From Dickeya dadantii NCPPB 898 (GTDB lineage Bacteria; Pseudomonadota; Gammaproteobacteria; Enterobacterales; Enterobacteriaceae), in the NCBI RefSeq assembly GCF_000406145.1, contig NZ_CM001976.1, positions 4,609,545 through 4,641,544 on the forward strand: a stretch of DNA of 32,000 nucleotides, written 5' to 3'. Below the pieces are notes generated by a model. It was not told where the DNA came from and searched no databases. It was given only the letters and a program-made list of their open reading frames with translations. Below, piece by piece: positions 16,782 to 25,971 of this stretch (positions within the stretch are counted from its first letter, which is position 1; the number at the start of each line of letters is the position of its first letter). The position numbers were made by a program, and so were the translations under genes.

Positions 16782-17689
16782 CGTTGTGTATCCAGCCGGA
16801 TGACCTGGTATGGCGCGCTTTTGCGCCCGAAAGCGAGGCCGCGTTGCTGGCCCCACATCCCAGTCAGGCTTTGATGGCGGATTACCTGCGCGCTTTTTTC
16901 CGTTCTCACGACGACCCCCAGGAACCGGACGACGCCCTGCTGACCCGCTGGCTCAACAGCGGCCGCCATACGTTTACCGCGATGATGCAGGCGCTGCTGC
17001 CCGAATTGCAGGCGCGTCATACGCTGCAGCAGCTTGATCTGGTGATGTTCGCTCATTGGACGCCCGACAGCACCCTCGGTTGCGCGGTATCCAACGCGCT
17101 GATCCATGCCTGCGACGCCCGACAGGCGTTCGGGCTGTCGGTGTCGGAGCGCGGGCTGGCGGCGCCGCTGTTTGCGCTGCACGCCATCGACGACTATCTG
17201 GCCAGCGATGAAAACCGGCGCGAGGCGTTGCTGATGATTGCCGATCAGGACGTGGCGCCTTACCCCAGCGAACGGCTGGCGCAGTTGCGTCCCCAAAAGA
17301 ACTGTTGCCTGATGCGGATAGAAAAACGCCCGCCCCAGCAGGCCAGCGGGCTGATATTTGAAGGGTATTATCGCCAACCTTACGCCGAAAGCGGCGACCC
17401 GATCGGAGCCATGCGGCAATTGCTCTCGCGCCTGCCCGCGGCGGACACGCTGACGCTGCTGAGCACCCCGTCGCTGGCGGCGGAACTACAGGGCGCGTTC
17501 CCCGAACACCAGACTGCGGCCGTGGCGGAGTCGTTACTGTGCGCCGCCCCGTTCGTATACCTGAAACACCATGCGCAGCCGGGCCGGCGTTATCTGCTGA
17601 CGGTGCCGGAATCGCGTCACCTTACCGCCTGTGTGTTGCGCTACCAGCCTTGCCACGACGGGCCTTTCACTTGCCCTCCCCGTACCTGA
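16778..17689 (+). CDS. FabH-fold (thiolase-like) protein lacking the catalytic Cys; paralog of 27192-28049
   Basis: ATGA overlap with the decarboxylase stop; the ORF-track 5' extension (16421-16777) overlaps that gene and is rejected. The strings ..MFAHWTPDSTLG..GLSVSERGLAAPLFALHAID..LLMIADQD.. align by eye to the FabH active-site region, but no Cys is present. Confidence 0.7.
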   Translation: MTLCIQPDDLVWRAFAPESEAALLAPHPSQALMADYLRAFFRSHDDPQEPDDALLTRWLNSGRHTFTAMMQALLPELQARHTLQQLDLVMFAHWTPDSTLGCAVSNALIHACDARQAFGLSVSERGLAAPLFALHAIDDYLASDENRREALLMIADQDVAPYPSERLAQLRPQKNCCLMRIEKRPPQQASGLIFEGYYRQPYAESGDPIGAMRQLLSRLPAADTLTLLSTPSLAAELQGAFPEHQTAAVAESLLCAAPFVYLKHHAQPGRRYLLTVPESRHLTACVLRYQPCHDGPFTCPPRT

Positions 17690-17701
17690 GAAGGATGCTC
17701 C

Positions 17702-19285
17702 ATGACGAACATTACCCACCTGACCGCCTGGCTTGACCGAGCAGCCAAAGAAGCCGCCAACAAAACCGCGATCATCGACACCGACCGCGAGGTCAGCTGG
17801 TTTATGCTGCGTCTGCAGGCCCGGCAACTGGCGGACTACCTGCGAGAAAACGGGGTGGAAAAAGGCGACCGGGTGATCGTCTGTATGCCGAACTCACTGA
17901 CGTTCGTGCTCTATTTCTGGGCGTTGCAGTATCTGGGGGCGATCTTTATTCCACTGAGCCCGGACACCAAAGCCAGCAAGCTGAGCTGGCTGGTGGACAA
18001 CGCCGGCTGCCGGTTACTGATTGCCAATCGCATCCTGAAAGACGAAATCGGCATCGCTCAGGCAAGCGAGCACTGGCAGCAATACAATCGTCATACCCGC
18101 GTCTGTTTCAGCAATGATGTGGCGGCCGTGCTGGCGGGAGAACCGTATCGCATCTCCGTCGAGCGCGACCGGCAGGCAACGGGCATCGACCTCGATCTGG
18201 CCTGCATTATCTACACCTCCGGCTCGACCGGCCATCCCAAAGGGGTGATGCTTAGCCGACGCAATATGATTACCGCCGCTGGCTCGGTGGCCGGTTACCT
18301 GCAACTGCGCGGCGACGACCGCATCATGTCGATGATCCCGATGAGCTTCGATTACGGCCTGTATCAGGTGATCATGTCGGCGCTGGCGCAGTGTACGCTG
18401 ATCGTAGAGCCGGATTTCCGGCGTCCGCTGCTGTCGTTGCAGCGCATGGTCACCCTGCGCGCCACCGTATTGCCGATCGTGCCGACCATGCTGCGCCTGA
18501 TCGCGCCGCTGGCGTCCCGCTATAACTTCGGCACCATCCGTACCGTGACCAACACCGCCGCCGCGCTGCATGCCGGCGATATCGATCAGTTGCGTACCAT
18601 CTTTCCGCAGGCGCGCATCTACTCGATGTACGGGCTGACCGAGTGCCACCGCTGCACTTACCTGCCGCCGGAATACCTCGCCACCCACCCGCAGAGCGTC
18701 GGCATCGCCATTCCCAACACCGAACTGTGGGTGGTGGACGACAACGGCCAGCGCCATACCCGCAACGCCACCGGCGAACTGGTGATCCGCGGCGCGACCG
18801 TCATGTGCGGCTACTGGCGCAATGAAGAGAAGAGCGCCGAAAAGCTGCGCCCCGGTCTGCTGCCGGGCGAACGGGTGCTGTACACCGGCGACATCTGCCG
18901 GTTGGATGAACAAGGATTGCTCTATTTCGTCGGCCGCCGGGACGAAATGCTGAAAAACTGCGGCGAAAAAGTGGCGCCGAAAGAGGTGGAAGCGGTGCTC
19001 AACCGCCATCCGCAGGTCGCGCAGGCGGTGGTGCTCGGCGTGCCGCACCCGATTTACGGCGACGAAATCATCGCCTGCGTGGTTACCCGCGGCGATCTCA
19101 ACGAAAAGGCGCTGTCGCGCTGGAGCAAAACCCAGATGGAGTCGCACATGGTGCCGCACCGCTTCCGGCTCATATCGCAGCTGCCGCTGAACCATAACGG
19201 CAAGATCAACCGCTCGCTGTTGCGAGAACAACTGACGGCGGGCGCAACGGCTCAGGTTTGCCCGCAGCACGGTCTAATGGAGTAA
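17702..19285 (+). CDS. AMP-dependent synthetase/ligase (acyl- or aminoacyl-adenylating enzyme); tentatively vfmM
   Basis: Core motifs are IIYTSGSTGHPKGVMLS, YGLTE, YTGDICRLDEQGLLYFVGRRDEMLKNCGEKVAPKEVE and NHNGKINR. RBS GAAGGA. Confidence 0.85.
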   Translation: MTNITHLTAWLDRAAKEAANKTAIIDTDREVSWFMLRLQARQLADYLRENGVEKGDRVIVCMPNSLTFVLYFWALQYLGAIFIPLSPDTKASKLSWLVDNAGCRLLIANRILKDEIGIAQASEHWQQYNRHTRVCFSNDVAAVLAGEPYRISVERDRQATGIDLDLACIIYTSGSTGHPKGVMLSRRNMITAAGSVAGYLQLRGDDRIMSMIPMSFDYGLYQVIMSALAQCTLIVEPDFRRPLLSLQRMVTLRATVLPIVPTMLRLIAPLASRYNFGTIRTVTNTAAALHAGDIDQLRTIFPQARIYSMYGLTECHRCTYLPPEYLATHPQSVGIAIPNTELWVVDDNGQRHTRNATGELVIRGATVMCGYWRNEEKSAEKLRPGLLPGERVLYTGDICRLDEQGLLYFVGRRDEMLKNCGEKVAPKEVEAVLNRHPQVAQAVVLGVPHPIYGDEIIACVVTRGDLNEKALSRWSKTQMESHMVPHRFRLISQLPLNHNGKINRSLLREQLTAGATAQVCPQHGLME

Positions 19286-19290
19286 CGTCG

Positions 19291-19599
19291 ATGTCATTCA
19301 ATACCGATTACGCGTCCAACGCCGGCTATCGCCCGGATTTTTACTACCAGAAGATCGCCACGGCGATCGGCATGGTGCTGGAAACCGACGACCTGTCGGA
19401 ACTGCACCCGCATACCGATCTGGAGCGGGATTTAGGGTTCAAGAGCGGCATTTTCATCGAGCTGATGATGTATCTGGAAGAGATGATCGAAGGGTTTTCC
19501 ATCAACCCGGTGACGCTGGACAGCCAGCAGATCAGCACCATCGACTCGCTCGGCCGTTTCATTCACTCACAGTTGGAGCATGACGTCCCTTGTGCATGA
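19291..19599 (+). CDS. second free-standing carrier-protein-like protein with a non-canonical Ser motif
   Basis: ATG at 19291 with a GGAG RBS 8 nt upstream. LERDLGFKSGIFIELMMYLEE resembles DLGxDSLxxxEL, but reads K-S-G where D-S-L is expected. Confidence 0.6.
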   Translation: MSFNTDYASNAGYRPDFYYQKIATAIGMVLETDDLSELHPHTDLERDLGFKSGIFIELMMYLEEMIEGFSINPVTLDSQQISTIDSLGRFIHSQLEHDVPCA

Positions 19600-21140
19600 T
19601 CGCGTCGTGGCAGTATCTGATCACCGTGTTCGCCCGGTTTGACGGCGTACACACTCCCGCCTGTCATCACACCGAAGGTGACCTGACCTATCACCAGCTT
19701 TATCAGGGGGCGCTGGCGCTGGCGGAGCGGTTGCAGGCGCAGCATGAAGCCAGCGGGCATCGCCAGCGCGCGCCGGTGCTGCTGTACGGCCATAAACATC
19801 CTGCCTGCCTGATCGCCTGGTGGGCCTGCCTGCTGACCGGCCATCCGGTAGCGCCGGTGGAAACCGACAACAGCGACGAGCGCCTGCGCTTTATCGCCGG
19901 CGGTATTCAGGCCGGGCTGCTACTCAACGCCACCGGGCAGGCGGCGCCGGATATCGGCATACCCGCGCTGACGGTTTCAACGGCATTATGTGATATGCCC
20001 GCTCCCCGGCTGGCAGACCATTGCCACCAGATGGGGCTGGCGTTCGGCCGGGACACAATCAGCGGCATAGCCTACATCCTGTTTTCCTCCGGCACCACCG
20101 GCGCGCCTAAAGGCATCCAGGTGAGCTACGCCAATCTGGCACACTTTGTACGCTGGCTTACCGAAATATTCCCCATACAAGGTACAATAACCAGTAATAA
20201 TCGATACTCCTTTGACGCATCACAGTATGAACTGTGGTTGGCCTGGTATTACTGCCAGCCACTCTCGATACTGGATTACCGCGACATCATCAATACCCGC
20301 AAGATGATCGCCCGCCATGCCGACGCCCGGCTACAAACCTGGGTCAGCACACCATCATTGCTCCGTTGCTATCTGAAAGATAGAGAATTTAGTCAGCAAA
20401 ACCTGCCGTGGCTGAGCACGTTCATCTCTTGCGGTGAAGTGTTGACGAAAGAGATCGTCAGCACCCTGTGGCGAGCCTTTCCCGGCTGCCGCATCGTTAA
20501 TACGTACGGCCCGACGGAGTGCACGGTCGCCGTCACCGCCTGCGACGTCACCCCCGCCATGCTGGATGACGACGCGCCGCTGCCGCTGGGTTATGTGCGC
20601 CCCGGCGTCGAACTGCGCATCAACGCCCCGGCAGACAGCGAACGCGGGGAAATCGTTATCGTCGGCCCGGCGGTTAGCGAAGGCTACCTGAACGCGCCGC
20701 CCGCCCAGCAGGCGCGTTTCGTCATTGAGCCAGACGGTACCCGCAGCTACCGCACCGGCGACATCGGTTCGCTACGCAACAACCTGCTTTATTTTCATGG
20801 CCGGGAAGACAGCGAACTGAAAATCCAGGGCTACCGTATCGTCCTCAGCGACATCGAAAACACGCTGCGGGAACACCCGCAGGTACAGGACGCCATCGTC
20901 ACCCCATGGCTGCTGCACGGCACGCCGCAGGGATTGCAGGCGTTTATCCTGTCCGGCCAGACGGATATTTTCCCGGCGCTGGCGGCTTATCTGCGCCGCT
21001 ACTTCCCGCTGTATATGGTGCCCAAATTCTGGTATCCAGTGGGCGATGCCGCGCTCAACCACAACAGCAAGCTGGACCGACAGCGTGTCGTCCAGCAGGC
21101 GCTCGACAAAGGCAAACGCTATGTTTTCGTCAGTTCTTAA
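19596..21140 (+). CDS. vfmO: stand-alone NRPS-type adenylation enzyme (amino-acid activating), first of two
   Basis: ATGA overlap with the upstream stop. Motifs are ILFSSGTTGAPKGIQVS (A3), NTYGPTECTV (A5), YRTGDIGSL..LYFHGREDSELKIQGYRIVLSDIE (A7/A8) and HNSKLDR (A10). The letter assignment rests on my memory of the published operon order and is not verified. Confidence 0.8.
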   Translation: MIASWQYLITVFARFDGVHTPACHHTEGDLTYHQLYQGALALAERLQAQHEASGHRQRAPVLLYGHKHPACLIAWWACLLTGHPVAPVETDNSDERLRFIAGGIQAGLLLNATGQAAPDIGIPALTVSTALCDMPAPRLADHCHQMGLAFGRDTISGIAYILFSSGTTGAPKGIQVSYANLAHFVRWLTEIFPIQGTITSNNRYSFDASQYELWLAWYYCQPLSILDYRDIINTRKMIARHADARLQTWVSTPSLLRCYLKDREFSQQNLPWLSTFISCGEVLTKEIVSTLWRAFPGCRIVNTYGPTECTVAVTACDVTPAMLDDDAPLPLGYVRPGVELRINAPADSERGEIVIVGPAVSEGYLNAPPAQQARFVIEPDGTRSYRTGDIGSLRNNLLYFHGREDSELKIQGYRIVLSDIENTLREHPQVQDAIVTPWLLHGTPQGLQAFILSGQTDIFPALAAYLRRYFPLYMVPKFWYPVGDAALNHNSKLDRQRVVQQALDKGKRYVFVSS

Positions 21141-22644
21141 TCCGATTCAGACACAAATGCGGGAAAACCCGCAGCATCTCGCCCTCGTCAACGACAGCGG
21201 CAGCTATACCTTTGCGCAGCTAGGACGTCGGGTAGAAGGCATACGCCAGGCGCTGCGCCGACACACGCCGCGCTGCGTGATGATTTACGGCCACAAGCAG
21301 TTGGACGCCGCCGCCGCCATGCTGGCCTGCGCGTTTGAAGCCATTCCGTTCACCTTTGCCGATATCGCCAACCCGGCCGCCCGTATTGAACGGATCGCCG
21401 CAATAGTTCAGATAGATCTGGTACTGCTGACATGTGAACCGCGAACCTCATTTCCCTCATTGCCGGCACCGACCATCATCACTACCAGTCTGGCAGACAG
21501 TAGCCACCTACTCCCGGCGGTTATCCCTTCACCAGAACAACTCTTTTATATCCTGACCACCTCCGGCAGCACTGGCGAACCGAAAGGGGTAAAGATCAGT
21601 TATGGGAACTTTGCTGCATTTTCTGACTGGTATATCCCCAGTCTTCAGTCGGAACGCTTCCCCGGCGGCCACGTTAATCATGCCTGTCTGTCTTTCGATA
21701 TGGGTATTATGGACCTTTTCCCCTCACTGGCTGCAGGCAAACCGGTCCTGATGCTCAATCATGCTCATAATATCCTCCCCCGCAAGAACCTGCAGTTGCT
21801 CACCGAATCCGCAGTAAAAGCAAGCAGTTGGTTTTCTACACCCAGCTTTTTGGACATTATGTGTATGGATCGCCAATTCAACGCCAAAAGTCTACCTGAA
21901 CTACGCGTAATTTTCGTTGCTGGAGAACCGGTTTCACCTTCATTGGTGCAAACATTGCAAACCCGTTTTCCCCAGGCGGAGATTCGGCACGCATATGGTC
22001 CCACCGAAACGACCTGTGTCACCCACTCCTTATGTTTACCCCCCATTCTTGACGCCAAAACAATATGCGCTTTGCCATTAGGACGACCGCAAGGCACAAA
22101 CCGCATTGTGGTCTGGGATGAATGGAAAAAACCACTTCCGGCTGGTTGCCACGGCGAAATTGTCCTTCTGGGTCCCCAGGTCGGTGCGGGTTATTTACCA
22201 CATGATCTGCCCGCCAATCAGGCCTTTGGTTATCAGGACAATGAACGTTATTACCGTACCGGCGATATCGGCTATCTGGACGAGCAGGGGCAACTGTTCA
22301 TTCAGGGGCGCAAGGATAGTCAAATTAAATGGCACGGTAATCGAATCGATCTGGCCGAAATCGAGAAAGCCGCCGGCCAATGCGATCAGGTAAAACAATC
22401 AGCGGTTTTCATAGAAAAAAACAATAACGTCGTAACTGAACTAGTGTTATGCGTCCATTTGAACATCGACACCCCTGCCCATCGCGACGGCCTGCGGCGC
22501 TCGCTGGCGCAGCGGCTGCCCGCTTACATGGTGCCGCGCGTGATCCGCTTCACCGGCCCGTTTCCGCTGACGCTGCACGGCAAAACCGACCGCCAGGCGC
22601 TGATGCGGCAAGGCGAAACCGACGTGGGAGCCGTGTCGAAGTAA
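21121..22644 (+). CDS. vfmP: stand-alone NRPS-type adenylation enzyme (amino-acid activating), second of two
   Basis: The start MFSSVLNPIQ.. at 21121 overlaps the upstream gene by 20 nt. Motifs are ILTTSGSTGEPKGVKIS, HAYGPTETTC, YRTGDIGYLDEQGQLFIQGRKDSQIKWHGNRIDLAEIE and LHGKTDR. The letter assignment is tentative, as above. Confidence 0.8.
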   Translation: MFSSVLNPIQTQMRENPQHLALVNDSGSYTFAQLGRRVEGIRQALRRHTPRCVMIYGHKQLDAAAAMLACAFEAIPFTFADIANPAARIERIAAIVQIDLVLLTCEPRTSFPSLPAPTIITTSLADSSHLLPAVIPSPEQLFYILTTSGSTGEPKGVKISYGNFAAFSDWYIPSLQSERFPGGHVNHACLSFDMGIMDLFPSLAAGKPVLMLNHAHNILPRKNLQLLTESAVKASSWFSTPSFLDIMCMDRQFNAKSLPELRVIFVAGEPVSPSLVQTLQTRFPQAEIRHAYGPTETTCVTHSLCLPPILDAKTICALPLGRPQGTNRIVVWDEWKKPLPAGCHGEIVLLGPQVGAGYLPHDLPANQAFGYQDNERYYRTGDIGYLDEQGQLFIQGRKDSQIKWHGNRIDLAEIEKAAGQCDQVKQSAVFIEKNNNVVTELVLCVHLNIDTPAHRDGLRRSLAQRLPAYMVPRVIRFTGPFPLTLHGKTDRQALMRQGETDVGAVSK

Positions 22645-22741
22645 CACTTCCCCAAAATAGCGGTACGACCTGCAAGCAGGCATAAAAAAAAACCGCTGTC
22701 GCCGGTAGTCTGGTACAAACGGTATTGACGGGGGAAAAGTC

Positions 22742-23173
22742 ATGAAATTCAGCCATCTCGGATACATCGTCAGGAATAGCGATGCCACTATTGCAGCCAT
22801 GGCGACCTTTTTCCCGCAGATCACCGTGCACCGCAAAAAAGTCAGCGCGCAGCAGATTTACGTCACCTTCATGAACACGACCCACCACGACATGCAGATT
22901 GAACTGGTGGAGCCGCTGCCGGAAAACCGGCTGCTGAGCGGCATGCTGGACAAAGAGAATAAGGATTGCCTGCCCTACCACATCTGCTTTGAAGTGGATG
23001 ATTTCAATAAAAGATATCAACAGCTGCGCGACGACGGCTGGCTGGCGCTGACGCGCCCGTTTCATGCCTACCCGCAGGGGCCGCTGGCCAGCCACCTGTA
23101 TAAACCGGAGGCAGGCATCATGGAGATCATGTCCGGCAGCACCAGTCTGATCGCACAAGGAGAAACCGCGTGA
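22742..23173 (+). CDS. VOC-superfamily protein (glyoxalase / methylmalonyl-CoA-epimerase-like)
   Basis: HLGYIV.., MQIELVEPL and YHICFEVDD are typical VOC beta-alpha-beta-beta-beta module strings. RBS GGGGGAAAAG. Confidence 0.75.
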   Translation: MKFSHLGYIVRNSDATIAAMATFFPQITVHRKKVSAQQIYVTFMNTTHHDMQIELVEPLPENRLLSGMLDKENKDCLPYHICFEVDDFNKRYQQLRDDGWLALTRPFHAYPQGPLASHLYKPEAGIMEIMSGSTSLIAQGETA

Positions 23174-24303
23174 ATGATTACGCCCTTTTCCTTGCGCCCC
23201 TGAAACACCTGATTGAAGACACCCTGTCCGAAGGGCGCCATCTTGGCGGGCAAATAGATATCGCTCCGGAGAAAGCGCGCCTTACCGCGCAGTATTCACT
23301 GGCGCCGATGCTCAATACGCTGGGCGTGCCGACCGACTACCGGCCGACTTGTTGGCTGGAGGAGGAGGGCGTCGCCCTGCGCTCGCTGCCTTTGGCCCTG
23401 CGCTGCGAAGCCTACGAATCGTTTGGCTACATTGACCCCAACCTGCTGTTCGCCGCGCCGGGGCCAGGCATGGCGGCGCTGGTGGTGGAAAACATGGGCA
23501 GTCTGGAACAACGGGATGCGTTCTTCTCCCAGTTTAGCCGCGAGCTGACCTGGAGCTGTTTTGCCATGACCGAGCCGGAGGTGGGCAGCGATGCACAGCA
23601 AATCCAGACCAGCGCCATCAAGGTGGACGGCGGCTGGCTGATCAACGGCGAGAAATATCTGATCGGCAATGGCGTCATTGCCGACACCGGCGTGCTGTTT
23701 GCCCGCACCACGTCCGGCCCGCTCGGCATCAATGTCTTCACCTTTGCGCCGCGCCATCAGGATGGCGTGTTCGCCGAACGTATCCCGATCAACGGCGTGC
23801 CAGGCTGCAATGTATCGCATCTGACGTTCCGGGATCTGTTCGTGCCGGACAGCGCGCTGCTGGGTCAGCACCTGAGGCCGACCGAGCGTTTTGCCCGCTC
23901 GGCGATGGTCACCTTCGACTCGCTGCGCCCTTGCGTCGGCGCGATTGCGCTCGGCGTCGCCCGTTCCGCGCTCGATCTCGCCCTGCAGCAGCGCTGGGCC
24001 ACTCCTCGCGCCGCCTGGTTGCTGAAAGCCCGGCGACAGTTGCAGGCGGCCATGTCGCAGGCCCGGATGGTCTGCAAACGTTTTGAGCAAGGAGAAACCT
24101 GCGGGCGCGACGCCGGGCTGGCGAAAATCACCGCCACCCGTGTGGCCGAGCAAGTGGTGATGGCCGTCATTCATCATGCGCCGCCCGCCGCGCTGGGTGA
24201 ATATCCGCGTCTGGCGAAAACCTGGCGCGACGTGAAAGCCTTCGAATACACCGAAGGCACCACCTTTATCCACCTGATTAACCACGGTTATCGGGGGATG
24301 TAA
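23170..24303 (+). CDS. acyl-CoA (or acyl-ACP) dehydrogenase family flavoprotein, copy 1
   Basis: The GTG start overlaps the upstream stop (GTGA). Motifs are FAMTEPEVGSDA and FEYTEGTTFIH. Confidence 0.8.
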   Translation: MNDYALFLAPLKHLIEDTLSEGRHLGGQIDIAPEKARLTAQYSLAPMLNTLGVPTDYRPTCWLEEEGVALRSLPLALRCEAYESFGYIDPNLLFAAPGPGMAALVVENMGSLEQRDAFFSQFSRELTWSCFAMTEPEVGSDAQQIQTSAIKVDGGWLINGEKYLIGNGVIADTGVLFARTTSGPLGINVFTFAPRHQDGVFAERIPINGVPGCNVSHLTFRDLFVPDSALLGQHLRPTERFARSAMVTFDSLRPCVGAIALGVARSALDLALQQRWATPRAAWLLKARRQLQAAMSQARMVCKRFEQGETCGRDAGLAKITATRVAEQVVMAVIHHAPPAALGEYPRLAKTWRDVKAFEYTEGTTFIHLINHGYRGM

Positions 24304-24304
24304 C

Positions 24305-24817
24305 ATGGCATACCCGGCGTTGGCCCCCGTTAGCCGTTCGATAGTGCAGGAAACCGGCAGTCTGGCGGTGGAAACCCGCGCCACCCCGTTGACGGCACAG
24401 CAGCATGCCCTGTTGTCGCCCTGGTTTGCCCTCAATCATGCCGACCCCGACATTCCCTGGTTTTTGCATGAGCCCGTCCACAGCGACGAATTCGGTCTGC
24501 ATGCCGCCGACATCATCGCGCTCTGCCGCCATTTTTGCGCCAGCCATGCCAATAGCGTCCTGTTGTACGAGTATTGCGGCGCGCCGCTCCAGTTCCGCAC
24601 CCCGCTGCTGCAAAGCCTGCTCTATGCCGCGCCGGGTTTTCATCACAGTCTGGGGATCAAGGCGCAAGGGCGGATCCAGGCCGAACGTGATTTAGCCAGT
24701 ACACTGCTGGGCCACGATGGCGCGGTGCTTTATCTGAGCGACCCGCTGCGCCGTATCAGTCCCTGCGCCGACGCTGCGCCGGTCGTCTACCGTTACTGCC
24801 GGCTTCACCCGCGCTAG
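24305..24817 (+). CDS. 170-aa hypothetical protein; possibly a truncated relative of the Cys-less FabH-fold paralogs
   Basis: It sits in the same position (between an ACAD and a FabH-like gene) as 27192-28049. There is weak by-eye similarity (SLGIKAQGRIQAERDLASTLL..GAVLYLSD versus ALTISDRGPDAALFALSSIA..SLLLIADQ). Confidence 0.55.
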   Translation: MAYPALAPVSRSIVQETGSLAVETRATPLTAQQHALLSPWFALNHADPDIPWFLHEPVHSDEFGLHAADIIALCRHFCASHANSVLLYEYCGAPLQFRTPLLQSLLYAAPGFHHSLGIKAQGRIQAERDLASTLLGHDGAVLYLSDPLRRISPCADAAPVVYRYCRLHPR

Positions 24818-24852
24818 CCCCGTCGCACCGCTACCATGAAGCAGCACAGGCT

Positions 24853-24989
24853 CTTGATGACGCTCCAGCTATTGATGACGCTCCAGCTATTGATGACGCT
24901 CCAGCTATTGATGAAACGCTCCATACTATTTATGGAACACTCCATACTCTTTATGAAACACCCATGCTATTTATGAAACACCCCATACC
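24853..24989. repeat. seven tandem direct repeats of 18-21 bp in the intergenic gap inside the operon
   Basis: (C/A)TTGATGACGCTCCAGCT occurs three times (24853-24906). These are followed by ATTGATGAAACGCTCCATACT, ATTTATGGAACACTCCATACT, CTTTATGAAACACCCATGCT and ATTTATGAAACACCCCATACC. Confidence 0.9.
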
Positions 24990-25047
24990 ATGACGCCGGA
25001 CACGCCGTTCGCCCTTTTTCATCCCGTTAACCGTCAGGAGTGCGCTT

Positions 25048-25971
25048 GTGCTAGGACACCTTGAGGCGATAGAAGTCGCGTTTCCGCCTGAAGTACAATC
25101 ACTGGACGAGGTCGCGCAGGAAGTCGGCATGACCCGGCTTGATGTGCGCATGTTTGACCGTTTTTACGGGCTACGCCGTTTTCACGGCGGCCCCGGCACG
25201 CTGGACGAACTGCTGACGCCGGTTGTCGACCAGATGCGGCACAACCGGCCGCAGGCTTTCGCCGCCATCAGCCATGTCGCGCACTGCCATACCGTGCCTT
25301 GCGTGCGAGTGTTCGAAACCGCGAGCCAGACACCCTCCTGGTTGAATCGCTTTTCACCCCGGACCGAATTCGCCAGCCTGACCATGGGGCACTGCGCCAC
25401 CCCGCTCACCGCGGCGGAATGGTTGCTAAAACAGCTTTCGCCCGACGACTTCGGCCTGATACTGATCGGCGAGAAAGCCTTTCACCCCAGGGTCAGACTG
25501 ATCAAAGACACCACTCTGATGGGCGAGGCCGCCTGCGCGGTACTGTTGAGCCGTCAGGGCGACGGCCCGGCGATCCTCAGCCGTTACACCGGTCAGGATG
25601 GGCGCTTTAGTATCCAGAAAGGCGCCGACGAGCACGAAATCTCCGACTTTGGGCAGCATTATATTGATTTTACCCGCCAACACCTGCAGGCAGCGCTGGA
25701 CAAAGCCGGCGTAACCATTGATTGTATTGCCTGGATCGCCCCTCATAACGTCAATATCTCGTCGTGGCACCGTCTGGCGCAGTTGATGAATTTTCCACGG
25801 GAGAAAATCTTTCTGGAAAACGTCCCGCGCTATGGTCACTGCTTTGGCGCCGACCCGTTTATCAACCTGCGCCAGTTGCAGCAACAGCAGCGGCTGCGCA
25901 AAGGCGATACCGTGCTGCTGGTCAGCGTGGGGCTGGGCGCGACCTACTCATCGTTACTGATCAAGATTTAA
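25048..25971 (+). CDS. FabH-like (KAS III family) condensing enzyme, copy 1
   Basis: GTG start 7 nt after an AGGAG RBS. The active-site Cys is in SLTMGHCATPLTAAEWL and the His in IAPHNVN. The third motif reads RYGHCFGADP where FabH has GNTSAAS. Confidence 0.8.
   Translation: MLGHLEAIEVAFPPEVQSLDEVAQEVGMTRLDVRMFDRFYGLRRFHGGPGTLDELLTPVVDQMRHNRPQAFAAISHVAHCHTVPCVRVFETASQTPSWLNRFSPRTEFASLTMGHCATPLTAAEWLLKQLSPDDFGLILIGEKAFHPRVRLIKDTTLMGEAACAVLLSRQGDGPAILSRYTGQDGRFSIQKGADEHEISDFGQHYIDFTRQHLQAALDKAGVTIDCIAWIAPHNVNISSWHRLAQLMNFPREKIFLENVPRYGHCFGADPFINLRQLQQQQRLRKGDTVLLVSVGLGATYSSLLIKI

Noticed and set aside
16664-17419. 251-aa ORF on the - strand (and the similar antisense ORFs 26672-27253 and 26985-27476)
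   Set aside because: These are antisense to sense genes that have paralog support and translational coupling. Their composition is that of an artefact.
18014-19270. 418-aa ORF on the - strand
   Set aside because: It is antisense to the AMP-ligase gene, which carries all the adenylation core motifs. The antisense translation has no recognisable motif.
23296-24435. 379-aa ORF on the - strand
   Set aside because: It is antisense to the acyl-CoA dehydrogenase gene. This is a high-GC artefact.
24836-24976. 46-aa ORF across the tandem repeats (MKQHRLLMTLQLLMTLQLLMTLQLLMKRSILFMEHSILFMKHPCYL), considered as a repetitive precursor peptide
   Set aside because: There is no Shine-Dalgarno sequence upstream, and the repeat periodicity changes from 18 to 20-21 bp, so the peptide repeat is not preserved. 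Another frame gives an equally repetitive DDAPAI x3. It is most simply read as non-coding DNA repeats. It is in frame with the upstream gene after its TAG, so read-through cannot be formally excluded.
24853-24989. Considered as a CRISPR array
   Set aside because: The units are directly abutting with no spacers, are only 18-21 bp, are non-palindromic and degenerate progressively. No cas genes are present.
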